A DNA stretch of 63,966 bases, filler included, from Octopus bimaculoides (lineage: Eukaryota): NCBI RefSeq assembly GCF_001194135.2. It is 6 parts of 6 records of this genome, joined end to end, with 100 filler letters (N's around TTAATTAATTAA, not from the genome) between each part and the next. Parts side by side here need not be neighbours in the genome. Positions count along the whole stretch, not along the records: positions 27,149 to 34,406 come from NC_068985.1; positions 34,507 to 55,996 come from NC_068984.1; 4 more parts are not named here. One strand, 5' to 3'. Made by a program: the position numbers and the translations under genes. Under the pieces are notes generated by a model. The model had not been told where the DNA came from. It searched no databases and worked only from the letters and a program-made list of their open reading frames with translations. Of this stretch, positions 27,149 to 39,589 are shown piece after piece (within the stretch, counting starts at the first letter, position 1; every line of letters starts with the position of its first letter).

Positions 27149-27643
27149 TGTTATGCATGTTTGGTGTATTATGAGGGAGAGAAAGAACTGCATGAGATAG
27201 TGGAGAGATGGAAAGACACAGTCCATGTGGACGTGAACGATGACCAGCTCGGAGAAATCACAGTAATGCTAATAACAGAAAGACATTTGAACGAAATTAA
27301 AAAATTCGAGGACTTTATAGTATGGAAGGTGAACTACAATATGGAGAATTTACCGAAAGATATAGAATACGAAAAACTGAAATTAAGATACGGTATAGAT
27401 ATTATGAAGGACAGGCAAAAAGGCAAGTAAGTGATGTTACTTGATGGGGCAGGTAACATCACTTCCATTTCTCATTTTTTCATTCTTACATATTACCATT
27501 CGTTTTTTTTTTAGTTTTTCTTCTGATATCATCTTTTTGTATTTTTATTTCCCCGAGTTTGTGTTTGTCGCGTTGGTATTGTCTCTATGAGTTGTAATGT
27601 TGATGGAAGATTCTTTGTTTTACCTTTTATAGGCAATAAAAAA
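27149..27643 (+). mobile_element. 3' end of a non-LTR-like element: ORF C-terminus, U-rich 3' UTR, AATAAA/A-run
   Basis: Purine-rich open frame CYACLVYYEGEKELH...KDRQKGK* (stop at 27430), a T-rich UTR, then caataaaaaaa. Confidence 0.45.
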
Positions 27644-28109
27644 ATCGATCCCAAATCGAATCTGTGCGTGCTATTGGTGATTTGCTATTGTTTGATTTTT
27701 TGTATGAAGTTTTTGTGCTGCTTTGCAGCGGTTTTTGACGGTGGTGCTTTTTCTCCGTGTTGAGGAGAATTAGCTGGACCAAATGGCGAAACAAATGTTC
27801 TATTCTGACCTGAGTGGGTCAGAATTGTCATCCTCGGAAGATGAACTGGCAAGGGCTCTCTACAAAATGAATGAAGTTTTGAAGGAGAAGAAGAGCTTTG
27901 CAGAAATAACAAAGGTTAAATCATGTGAGGTGGACCTCACGAGAGTGTTGAAATATCAGAAAATGGCAACGAAAGTGGGTGGAGAAGTGAAACTGTCGCC
28001 ACCGCAGAAAATAATGAAAAGAATGGAAAGAAGAACCATTATGTATAAAGTAATTGCAGCAGAAAAAAATAAAGTGGAAATTATGAAAATTGAAACGATA
28101 GAAAAGGCA
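27644..28109 (+). mobile_element. 5' UTR and N-terminus of an L1/Tx1-like ORF1, truncated
   Basis: ATG at 27783: MAKQMFYSDLSGSELSSSEDE...KKSFAEITK...ERRTIMYK...ETIEKA. The acidic N-terminus and SFA motif resemble ORF1 proteins. It is cut off by a HINE-like fragment. Confidence 0.5.
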
Positions 28110-28263
28110 TCCCAAAATCTAATCAATTCGTGCCAGTCACGAACCCAAAATCCCTGAAAGTTTCATCCGAATCCATCCAGTGGTTCTTGAGATATCTTGT
28201 CCACGGACAAACAAACAAACATGACTGAAGACAACACCTCTCTCTTCGCTATGGCGGAGGTAA
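28110..28263 (-). mobile_element. Helentron-associated (HINE/DINE-1-like) non-autonomous fragment
   Basis: Sense strand reads ttacctccgcc...gtttgtttgtttgtcc...ggatggattcggatgaaactttcagg...gattagattttgg, the layout recalled for this group. Confidence 0.6.
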
Positions 28264-28279
28264 TAATACTAATAATAAT

Positions 28280-28640
28280 GGTTTCAAATGTTGCCACAAG
28301 GGCAGCAATTTTGGGGATGAATCGATTACATCGACTTAGTTCTCAACTGCTACTTATTATATCGACCTCGAAAGGATGAAAGGCAAAGTCGACCTCAGCG
28401 GAATTTGAATTCAGATCGTGAAGATGGACGAAATACCGTTAAGTTTTTTGTTCGGCGTGCTAACAATTCTGCCACCTCGACTAATAATAATAAGAACAGC
28501 AACAACAATAATAATAATATTGTTATTATTATTATTATTAGTTTGGGGTCTATAAATTAAGTACCAGTGAAACACTGGGGTTGATGTAATCGACTAGTCC
28601 CCAAAAAATTTCAGGCCTTGTGCCTATAATAGAAAAGTTA
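28280..28640. mobile_element. Two SINE-A copies in opposite orientation (28280-28485 minus; 28540-28640 plus)
   Basis: Homology to family A on both strands. Confidence 0.8.
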
Positions 28641-29270
28641 TCATCATCATCATCATCATCATAAGAAAAGCAGAACAACAACAACAACTACTACTACTAT
28701 TACTACTACTACTGCAGCAACAACAACTACAAACACACACACACACACACACACATACAAGACTAGAAAAGGAGAAAGTTACAAACAATATTGTGATATT
28801 TCTAATGGCTGAAGCACATCTGGAAAATATTGTTTAAATATTTAGAAATGTAAAGAGGGAGAGTCAGAAAAGTGGAACTTGTTCATATTAAGTTTCTGTG
28901 GTTTACGTTACATGTCTGTCATACATCAACTATTGATATAAAAATACCCGTCTAAAAGTATTTTGATATATTTCTCATGATCTACAATACGTAACATCTG
29001 GGTAAGCGTAAATATTTGTAAACAGTTTTCATTTATACATTTATGAACTATCTAGTCTTTTACTCCACTACAGGCTTCAGTCATTGGATTGTGGCTATGC
29101 TGGGCCACCGCCTTCGGTAGCTCTCAGCCGACTATATGACCCTAGTACATCGACCTTGGAAGAATGGAAGGAAAGCGAAGTTGACCTGAATATGTAGATC
29201 AAAACACCACACCTCATTTGGTTCGGCGCGCTACACTACATTTGTATGTATAAGCGTATGTGTACAAGTG

Positions 29271-29304
<34 letters not shown>

Positions 29305-29306
<2 letters not shown>

Positions 29307-31320
29307 TAATCATCATCAACATCATTTAACGTTTGTTTTCCATAGTGGCATGGGTTGGATGGTTTGACAGTAGTTGGCAAGACTAGGAGCCGTGCCAGGC
29401 TCCATTGTCTGTTGTTGCATGGATTCTACAGCTGGATGCCATTCCTAACGCCAACCACTTTGCAAAGTATACCGGGTGCATTTATGTGGTCCACCAGCAC
29501 CGGTGTTTTTTACGTGGCACCATCACCAACTGAATCACCAAATACTTTGCAAGACAAAAAAAGAGGCAAAAAGACCTGAACTGGGAAGGGGAGTAGCATT
29601 AAGGGAAATTTGTACCAGTTGAGAAGTTAAAAATATAGAGGGACAGCGATAGGTGCATGGATTACCCAGTTGGAAAAGGGAGAGTAAAATAGAGAGTAAG
29701 ATAAGAAGTGTGATAGTAAGAAAGATATTAGGTGTGGTGATACAGAGGTTTGGACTGGGTAAGTAGGTTAGATAGAAGTGACTGCAGCAAATGATGGAGA
29801 GAAATATAAGAGAGGTTCAGGGGAACGGGTTGCGGTAGATATGCGAGGGCATTGAAGGTGATTGCAGATAAGCGAGGTGTTAATGATGAATAACAGCACA
29901 ACGAGAAGGCATAAAAAGGAGTTGATTTAGGCAGGAATAGATAATGGGAAATGGAAGCGGTTTGGGGGTGAGGGGAAGAGAGGTAACTGAGAAAGCCGGG
30001 AGATATAGTAGTGCGTGCCTATTCTGCTGATACAGAAGTAGTGGGTATTAGGAAATGAAATATGTAGGGGGAAGGTTGACGGGACAGAGAGGATGGGGGA
30101 GAGTAGATCCCTTCACAGACAAGCATTACCAAGGTGGTTTTAGAATATCAATTCTGCTGTGATAAACGGGCCTTCGTGAGGACAGCAAGGCACCAAATAT
30201 TTGTCCTTTGTCATCTCCTTCGTAAGGCTCAGCGTCGAGATCAGCTTTCAATACTTCGTCACATGTCTGCCTGAGTCTCTCTCTCCCACAAGTTCCATCT
30301 ACTTTGAGTGATCAGCATTTCTTTATGCAACTACCCTCATCCATATGCATCACTTAACCAAACCAGCACAGTCTTCTCTCTTGCATATTGCATCTAATTC
30401 CTCTTATGCCTAACTTTTTCTTCAATACACAACGCTGTGTCACACATGTACACTGACACTACACATCCAGTAGAGCATGCTAGTTTCATTCCTCTCAAGT
30501 CTTCTCATCTCTGCATTCGGGGCCCCACGTCACACTACCATGTATTTTTGCTGTTCGTACACATTCATTTTACAATTTTCTATTCACTCGGAAAGAGAAA
30601 CCTTTGGTTGCCAGCAGAGGTAAAAACTCTCTGAACTCTCTGAACGTTCTCCATCGTACTCTTATTCTAGCAATTACACTTTTGGTACGTTTTTTTCCAC
30701 TGCTAATCAGGTCACCTAGGTAGCAGAAATTAACCACTACTTCTATAGAGCCTCCGCGGCATTTGAGATATCTGTAGACTTTATGGCTTCTGTGGATCTT
30801 CCATATACAAACACTACTTTCTCTGTTAACCTTCCTATTATTTCACTGCACCGTTGGTGTATCCATAGCTTGCACAGGGTACACACTGTCTACACTTTTT
30901 TTAGATATTGAGTACGGCCATTTAATTGGAGGGGTAGGGTCCTGTCTGTTTTCTTGCTTAGTAAGATTTTGGTCTTTGCAAAGTTGCCTATAAGGCCCAC
31001 CGACTTTGAGGTTTTGCTTCCACACCTGGAATTTCTTTTCTAATTCGGTTACAGATTCAGCTATGAGAGCAAGATCGTCAGCATATAGTAGCCGGTTTTA
31101 TATTCCTCTGTTATAGCCTGGAAGACAATAATGAATATGACGGAGGTGAGGACTGGGCCTTGGTGAACGCTTACCTATACACTAAATTTGTCAGTGTACC
31201 CATGGCAAACGCTTACCTTACTAATAGTACCCCTGTGCATGACCTGTACTGCTTTTACAAACGATTCGTCTATCCCGAGCTTCTGCAGAGACTACCATAT
31301 CACAGAGCAAGTGATAATAT
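29305..31320 (-). mobile_element. RTE-clade LINE, 5'-truncated and decayed
   Basis: Minus translations KLGIDESFVKAVQVMHRG, VHQG, YADDLALIAES...WKQNL and ERRLCWFG...GTCGR; 3' UTR ending in an (ATG)n-like tail. Confidence 0.92.
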
Positions 31321-32159
31321 AATGAAATATAAAGATGGCCAAGTTGAAAAGACAATTGAAAATATACATGTCCTACCACAAAATACAATGAATGTGTATG
31401 TTCTATTTGTGTTAAAACATAAATAACAAATATATTTATAAATTTTCTTAGAACGTGAATTTATGTTTTTAACAGTCTTCCGTTCAAAATGAAATGTGTA
31501 ATGTTGTCATTAGACAAACAGAAAAAAAAAACAGATAGATACGAATACAGCTGGAAAAAAAAACATAGATACGAATACAACTGAAATGTTGATAAGTCCT
31601 TCTTGACAATAGTGACAATAAATTATTTTACAACAAGACTAAAGACTTTCTAATTAATCGCAAAAAATAATACTTAAAAAACAATTCATAGAATCGTGTT
31701 GTTTTATCGATAATAAAAAATGTGTAAGATTTTAACATAGAATGTTATAAATATGAAAATAAAGCCATGTTTAGTTGTGATAATTATATTTTTTCGTCAG
31801 GTTTACAAAATAGATATTTCTACAATTAACATAGCTCGTTCTTCTAAGTTGATTTTAAATATCATTTTTACTGTTCATTTCAGAGATTCTAGCAGAACTA
31901 CGATCAAAGATGTCCAGTTTTGACCATTCCATCTATTTCTGTAGCCAAGACTACAATAGCTAATGGATCTTACTTGAGATGATATAAAATGATTTGAGGG
32001 AGATTTGGCTTCTATTTGTAGCAAGTCTAGTGACTAACTCATGGACTCCCTTGTTAGGTCACGGTCTACAGTTTATGTAAATACGTTTACGATACTGTCC
32101 TAAATATATGAACAGTATTCGAATGGAACTGAAATAGTTTGTAATCCAGAGGAGAAAAC

Positions 32160-32612
32160 CTAGCATTTGAGACTAGATCTTGGAAATGTTGTGTGTGGAG
32201 TGAGTGGGCGTTGTATAATGAGCTCCCTAAAATACTGAGAGCTAGCACAGCAATGTTAAATATGTGAAGTACTGGAATACGGTCCTAGCTATGTTAAGCA
32301 TGTACTTTTGCCAGAAGGAATCCTCAGTGATAATGAGATCCTGTATTTGGAGCAGCTGTGATATCATTAGCGGAGTGCTGCTGACGATTAAGTTGAGTAT
32401 GGTGTGCTTTCTTCATATGAGTGGTATTTGTGTTTGCTTGCAATTGAGAGAAACAAGATTAGCTTGGCCCCCACCCCTGGACAGTCCTTTTGAGATCCCT
32501 GTCCATGCAGTCAGTGTGTATTTGATATATGGTGTCTAGACTGTGTACTTGAAGAAGATTAGGAAGTAATGAAGGATAGAATCATCAGTGTAAAGAGTGA
32601 CTGTTGTTGGAT
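32160..32612 (-). mobile_element. CR1/L2-group LINE RT C-terminal fragment, decayed
   Basis: Minus translation with DDSILH...GQANLVSLNCKQTQ...IITEDSFWQKYMLNIA-like segments. Confidence 0.55.
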
Positions 32613-32689
32613 GTGGTGGCAGGTAAATCATTGATGTATTAAAGGAAGTGTGGAGCATGAAACCGAATCTTCGGGTACCACCCAAATGG

Positions 32690-32945
32690 TAGACACCCAC
32701 TCTCCATCATCACTATATTAGACTCCCACTACCACCAAAATGTTGCATCAACCACATCACCACCCTGTTAGACTCACCGCCACCCTGTTAGACTGCCCTC
32801 CACCACCAATGCTACACCCCTATTAAACTCCATGTCACCACCACAATGTTAAACTGCCCGACATCACCACCATGTAAGCTCCTCACCACCACCAAATCTA
32901 CCTTCTTGTTAGACCGCCACGATATTAGACTGCCCGCCCTACTTA
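32690..32945. repeat. Degenerate C-rich minisatellite
   Basis: Recurrent ccacc(ct)gttagact motif. Confidence 0.6.
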
Positions 32946-33459
32946 TTACCGTTTAGTTGGTGTTTTTTAATTATTCCTAAAAGATTTAGGTGTGCCTCTC
33001 GTCTATGAAAACATTTGTTCAGTACATGTTGTTGGTGAACAGAATAAATCAGTCATTTTGTCATCTTATCTTTGGTTTCATATAAAGATTTTACTGTCAT
33101 TTCTCTAATGCTTACTTTGCACATCACTTGCTGCTTTTACAATTTGTTTACGCTCTTTCCTTTTTATCACTAATATAAAAATACTTTAATACCTTTCTGT
33201 GAAGAAATATAAAAATATTCTGAAAGGTTTATTCATATTTAAACATGACAGTGCAAAGAAATAGCATAATTTTATGATTAGTCATTTAGCTGTTTTTACA
33301 TCGAAAATAGATAATTACTTGCGAATTTAGCATACATCACACACATATAGATCAGATAGATATAAAGGGGGTCACCTACTTGTTAGACAAGCTTTTACTC
33401 GTATAGTGTACAACCACTGGCTTACCGATGTCTTATGTTTCATTAATATCTGCAAGAAG

Positions 33460-33640
33460 AAGGGCGGCGAGTGGCAAAATTGTTAGCGGTCTTTACGTTC
33501 TGAGTTCAAATTTCGCCGGGGTCGACTTTGCCTTTCATCCTTTTGAGGTCAATAAAATAAGTACCAGTTAAGCACCGGATTCGATATAATTGACTTACAC
33601 CCTCCATCGAAATTGCTGGCCTTGTGCCAAAATTTGAAAC
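33460..33640 (+). mobile_element. SINE family A
   Basis: Homology to the other copies. Confidence 0.82.
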
Positions 33641-33969
33641 CGATAGATACAAGTAACGTTTCTCAGTCGAACTTACTTCGGGATCCCAACTGTTATTATT
33701 ATTCTTTATGGAAACTCCTAACCCTATATCCAATCCACTAAAGAACGCATTCACTCGTACTTCCTTTTCCATCGTTTCAGAAAAGAATTGATGAGTCTTT
33801 TAAGTGGAAAATATAAGGAAATTTACTTGGTTCATGTTCCAAGGAAAGAAAATTAAGAAAAGACAATATATATAAAAGAAGGAATTTCAGAGTAGGATTA
33901 TGTGTAACATTTAAAAGGGATACATATTACACACTAAATTTAACATTTAATGTGAATGCAAGTCACATA

Positions 33970-34082
33970 ATAAATCACGTGTAAGAAGATTGTTTCCCAA
34001 CCACATGGTTCCAGGTTCAGTCCCACTTCGTGGCATCTCGGGTAAGTGACTTCTACTATCGCCTCGGACCGACTAAAGCGTT
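33970..34082 (+). mobile_element. SINE family B head fragment
   Basis: ccaaccacatggttccaggttcagtcccac. Confidence 0.8.
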
Positions 34083-34406
34083 GTGGGATCTTTCTGAATT
34101 GACGGGCACCACTTGTTTTCTTAACGAAACACTTTCAAACTTGGGATACTGGTAGAATGTGTCATATAAAACATCTTTTTCTCTTAGCCTTCTTAACAAA
34201 ACTTTTTACATCGCAAGTTATTTCATGTTAAAGTTGTCGTATTTCTGTAATTTCAACCAATCACTGACGTCTATTCAGCTGAATACAGTTACTGCTGTTT
34301 TTGTAAACAATAATTTTTGCTGGTGTCAAGATCGTTATTCCCTGTTAATTATATCGTTATTCCCTAGTAAGGGTTTAGGGTTTTAGGGTTAGGCTTCGGG
34401 TTTTAG
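34083..34406. mobile_element. Left half of a TTAGGG-bearing MITE (same family as 60833-61425)
   Basis: Shares aacgaaacactt...gtagaatgtgtcatataaaacatc...caaccaatcactgacg; ends in tttaggg-like repeats at a gap. Confidence 0.8.
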
Positions 34407-34569
34407 NNNNNNNNNNNNNNNNNNNNNNNNNNNNNNNNNNNNNNNNNNNNTTAATTAATTAANNNNNNNNNNNNNNNNNNNNNNNNNNNNNNNNNNNNNN
34501 NNNNNNGGCCGTCCCATCATCATTGTTTAATTTCATTGTTCCATTCTATCATGTGTTAATTGTCCCCGC

Positions 34570-34810
34570 ATGTGTGTATTGTCCCATCTGTGTTTAGCCC
34601 CTTGTGGATAATAAAGAAATTGGTATTTCGTCTGCCGCTACGTTCTGAGTTCAAATTCCGCCAAAGTCGACTTTGCCTTTCATCCTTTCGGGATCGATTA
34701 AATAAGTACCAGTTATGCACTGGGGTTGATGTAATCGACTTAATCCATTTGTCTGTACTTGTTTGTCCCCTCTATATTTAGCCCCTTGTGGGCAATAAGG
34801 AAATAAGAAT
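34570..34810 (+). mobile_element. SINE family A, tail type 2
   Basis: Homology to the other copies; preceded by a second tail-2 fragment. Confidence 0.85.
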
Positions 34811-35477
34811 TTCTTCTAACTCTTTACATTCTGAGTAAACCACAAACTGCTATTCATATCTGTCTACACTTGAGACTTGCTCTACAAATTTATAATCGTA
34901 CTGTGTTGCAAACATTTGGCATTTGCTATTAGAAGATAACTTCTTAAAGTATCGATATGTGAGGATAAGAAACTCATCCGCTCCTTAATAACAGTGGTGG
35001 TGCATTATATGCTTATGCATGTCGACATTAACTTCAGTAACAAAAATAACAGTTGCTGCGATAGAAATAGATATAGTGGTAACATTTGTAACAACAGCAA
35101 CGGCAGTAATGATAGCAACAACAAAATAAATTAAGCAATGCTAGTTACAAACTACAATATCAATGACGGCAATAATTAAGTGGTGGTACAATAACAAGTG
35201 GGGGAAAAAAAAAATAAAACACCGGATTCCAGCTATGGAGTCAATTACAAGAATAGCAGAAGCATTGATTACAACAATAAGAGACGAAGGAGCGGGAGAA
35301 ATAAAGCGACAATAGCGAAAGTCAACAATGGAAAGCGAAAATGTTAATGCCAGCGTCTAGATAGGGTCGTTGACCTGAGCTGCGAAAGCGAGACAGAAAA
35401 GACCTAAGATTAATCTGCTATAAATGGAAACCAGGCGTTTGTCAAAAATATACATACATACAACATACATATATACA

Positions 35478-35881
35478 TGCAGAAGTGGCTGTGTGGTAAA
35501 GAGGTTTGCCTCCCAACCACATGGTTCCGGGTTCAGTCCCACTGCGTAGCACCTTGACCAAGTGTCTTCTACTATAGCCTCGGGCCAACCAAAGCCTTGT
35601 GAGTGGATTTGATAGACGGAAACCGAAAGAAACCCGTCGTATATATATGCATATGTCTACGAGTGCGTGTCCCTTGTGTCTGTGTTTGTCCCCCACCACC
35701 GCTTGACAACCGGTGTTGGTTTGTTCTTATCTCCATAACCTAGCAGTTCGACAAAAGAGACCGATAAGATAAGAATTGGGTTTTTAAAATGTCCTAGGTC
35801 TATTTGCCCAACTAAAACCCTTCAAAGTGGTGTCCCAGCATGGCTGCAGTCAAATGAGTAAAACTAGTAAAAGATAAAAGA
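35478..35881 (+). mobile_element. SINE family B
   Basis: Full-length homology. Confidence 0.9.
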
Positions 35882-36428
35882 TCCATTCGTACATATGCAT
35901 GCATACATATATATACATACATACATTCATATATATATTTTGTATCATAAGATGTATATAAAATGTTTTTATTATCAATATCAATATATAATATTGTTGT
36001 ATTTCGGGACGGTCAATTTGAGGCCTTGTGCTTCCATTAGAAAGGATTATTATTATTATTATTATTATTTAACGAAAATTTAGAAATCAGGGATTAGAAG
36101 TCTTCTCATGGGTTTTTCGAAAGTTTGGATCAGCAGAAAACACTGTATGCCTAACTCGCCGTGTTAGGCAAGGAGAGTTAGGCATACTTGTCTTTCCAAT
36201 AGCATATATATATATATACATATATATATGAGTAAAAATAAATACAAAAAAAAGGNNNNNNNNNNNNNNNNNNNNNNNNNNNNNNNNNNNNNNNNNNNNN
36301 NNNNNNNNNNNNNNNNNNNNNNNNNNNNNNNNNNNNNNNNNNNNNNNNNNNNNNNTATATATATATATATATCAACTACATATGTGGGAAATTCTTCAAA
36401 TATGTTTGTGACGTATCTTAATGGCAAA

Positions 36429-36813
36429 AGGCAATTTCACAGCAGTTTACCGTAGAGAACAAATCTCACTTATGGTATGTGTAAATAGACTATTATCAGC
36501 TCAGTAGCTCCCCCTTTGGACCCTTTGATGCATTTCTGGTTCGTTATGCCTTCTACAATAGAGGATACCAAAGAAAGGAAACCCTGAGCTAACAGAAAGC
36601 TGTAGATTTACAATCAACTAAACACTAGTATTGTCTTGTTTTCTAACAGCTCAGGGTTACCTCTCTTTGATATCTGCTACTGAGGAATGTATAATAAGCA
36701 GAAATGCATCTAGGGGGCCAAGAGTGGGCACCACTGAGCTGTAAATTGTATATTTACACCTTTTACTATAAGCGAGAATTTCTTCTCCACGGCAGACTGC
36801 AGGGAAATTTCCT
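36429..36813. mobile_element. Foldback MITE, probable T2/Kolobok type
   Basis: Imperfect inverted arms of about 170 bp; termini AGG...CCT; TTAA on the right flank, degenerate (caaa) on the left. Confidence 0.75.
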
Positions 36814-37523
36814 TTAAAATATATTCAAATTAACCTAAATATTTACTTTTGAGATATTGGTGTCTGTATGTGTATGTATATATTGACTCGTATAAACACA
36901 GATATTAATATTGCCTCTATCGCTAATATATATATTTTTAACAAGCTTACTGGCTAATCACGACACCAATGCCTGTTTTGTCACTGTCAATCTATATATT
37001 ACTGGCAGGGAGGCGAATCGCTGCTGTCTCTAGCGGTCGAATGTCCATCATTGACAAGACCAAGGAAGGTCGAAATCAGGTGATCTAGTGGTCTCGGCGC
37101 TAGCGATATAAATAAGAATGCATTTTGCATCAAAAGCCAATATGAGACTTTCTCTTAAAGTAACTATCGCAGCATAATTCATTCTAACTAAATATCCACA
37201 TTTAAGTGCGGATAAGTATTACCTCTCGATATTAATACTGCCTCTGTCGCTTATATATATTTTATAAACACAGATAGGTGATCGATTAAACGAGAAATTC
37301 ATATACTACAGTGGATTGGAGTACATTTTATAAAAGGCTGAATTACTTGGTGATGCGTAAATGCGAGAATTCAATAAATGTAGTGCAGAAATGTGTATGT
37401 GCATGTATTGTATATGTATTTGTATTCGTATATGTATATGTATGTATGTATGCATGCTTGAATGTATATGCCTGGTAGCCATGTGTCTATATGCTTGTGC
37501 ACATGTTTGCATCTATATGCGCG

Positions 37524-37581
<58 letters not shown>

Positions 37582-38829
37582 NNNNNNNNNNNNNNNNNNN
37601 NNNNNNNNNNNNNNNNNNNNNNNNNNNNNNNNNNNNNNNNNNNNNNNNNNNNNNNNNNNNNNNNNNNNNNNNNNNNNNNNNNNNNNNNNNNNNNNNNNNN
37701 NNNNNNNNNNNNNNNNNNNNNNNNNNNNNNNNNNNNNNNNNNNNNNNNNNNNNNNNNNNNNNNNNNNNNNNNNNNNNNNNNNNNNNNNNNNNNNNNNNNN
37801 NNNNNNNNNNNNNNNNNNNNNNNNNNNNNNNNNNNNNNNNNNNNNNNNNNNNNNNNNNNNNNNNNNNNNNNNNNNNNNNNNNNNNNNNNNNNNNNNNNNN
37901 NNNNNNNATATACATATATATATATATATATTGTGTCACTAAATGTGACTATGGTGTTAGAAAACATCAACATTGCTAGAAATAAGAGCTAAAATGCTCT
38001 AATGCTGTTGCCAACGCACATAAGTGTAAACATATACATTAATAGGGACCTTAATCGCCCGAAAAGTACCGATCGAAAATTCCTTACACTGACATCAGTT
38101 TCAACAATTTCCGTTTGCCTCTTCAGTAAGGACTGGCTCCAACTCCGTCTCTTTCCGGACTCGCTTCTCTATTAGTATATGTGTTTTCAACATAGAAATC
38201 TTTGACTGATTTAGTGATTCGCCACATTTAGTGACAATTATAATTCTCCTTTTTGGTGAAGCATTGCAAACTGTTGTTTATATTAATTTTACGCATACAC
38301 ATTAGTGAAACAGATCTTGCTGTGTCTTAGGAAGGTCATTATGCCAATAATAAGAAACACATGTGCTGGTTCAATATCACTTCTTATTTATTAGTCAATT
38401 GGTTAAATATCTAACCAACTAAGTGATTTTTTTTGTTTGATGTGTTGGTTATACAATCAATCGGTTGTTTGTCAACGTCCTTTCGCCGCTATTCGCTACC
38501 TCATCAATGACATGCCTCCTCTCTTCAAGGTCTACCTTGAGTCTGTTTGATAATTAGTCTTATGTGTACGTATGTTTGTACGTGTATATGTAGGTGTGTG
38601 ATTGCTTCCATGAGAAGGGAAAGGTGAGCGTAATTGAAAAGTGAGTGTGTGTGTGCGCGCGTAGTCGTGTGGTTGTGTGTGTACACTCACGTACCTACCT
38701 GTATGAGTGCTTGTGTGTTAGTACGTGTGCATTTGCTGTCCGTAACCTGTGTATGTATGTATGTATGTATGTATGCCCCCTGTCCCCAAATATCAGTCTT
38801 TGTGCCTATAGTAGAAAGAATCATTAAGA

Positions 38830-39045
38830 TTAATAAAGACGGCGAACTAGCAGAATCGTTAGCGTGTCGGACCAAATGCTTGGTGGCATTTCTTCCGGCT
38901 CTTTACATTTCAAATTCAAATACCCCCGAGGTCGACTTTGCTTTTCATCCTTTCGACGTCAATAAACTAAGTACCAGCTGAGCACTGGGGGTCGATGTAA
39001 TCGACTGCCTTTGTCCACTAAAATTTCAGGACTAGTAGAAAGGAT
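38830..39045 (+). mobile_element. SINE family A
   Basis: Homology to the other copies. Confidence 0.85.
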
Positions 39046-39589
39046 TTTTAGAATGAGAATCCTCTCCATATATTTCTGTAACATAGAATTCTGAAACGTT
39101 CCAATACTTGGTGCATTTGGTCTATTTCCTCATAATACTGTGATGATTTCGCCAATATTCAAGAAATAGTAGTGGATGCTTTCAATTATCGACCTCCAAA
39201 CAATAACCGTGAATCTATTTTCGATTCTGCTTTAGTTTGAGAAAGTATCTTTGGTGCTTTCCTTCATTCTTTCCATGGCACCGTGGTTTGTCGTGGATAA
39301 TCCATCTCCGTCGATGTTACAATGCGATAAATGAATGGATCGTTTTGTTATATAAAAGAAGCACAGAGCAAAAATCGTAACGAAGATGCTTTTTTTTTTT
39401 TTGTCCAGCTAACGCGGCACCAAAGGGGAGGAATTGCCAGAAAGATGTTTGAGTCTGCTTCAGACAACATAAGCACCTAAGAGAATTGGGAAAGCATGGT
39501 ACTTGTTACCAACATAACACAACCGCATCTGTTACTTGCAATTGATTGTATCAAACATTGTATGTTATTTATCGAAAATGATTTATTCC

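Noticed and set aside
31170-31225. Two strong AG|GTAAGC donors on the minus strand
   Set aside because: They lie inside the RTE reverse transcriptase remnant.
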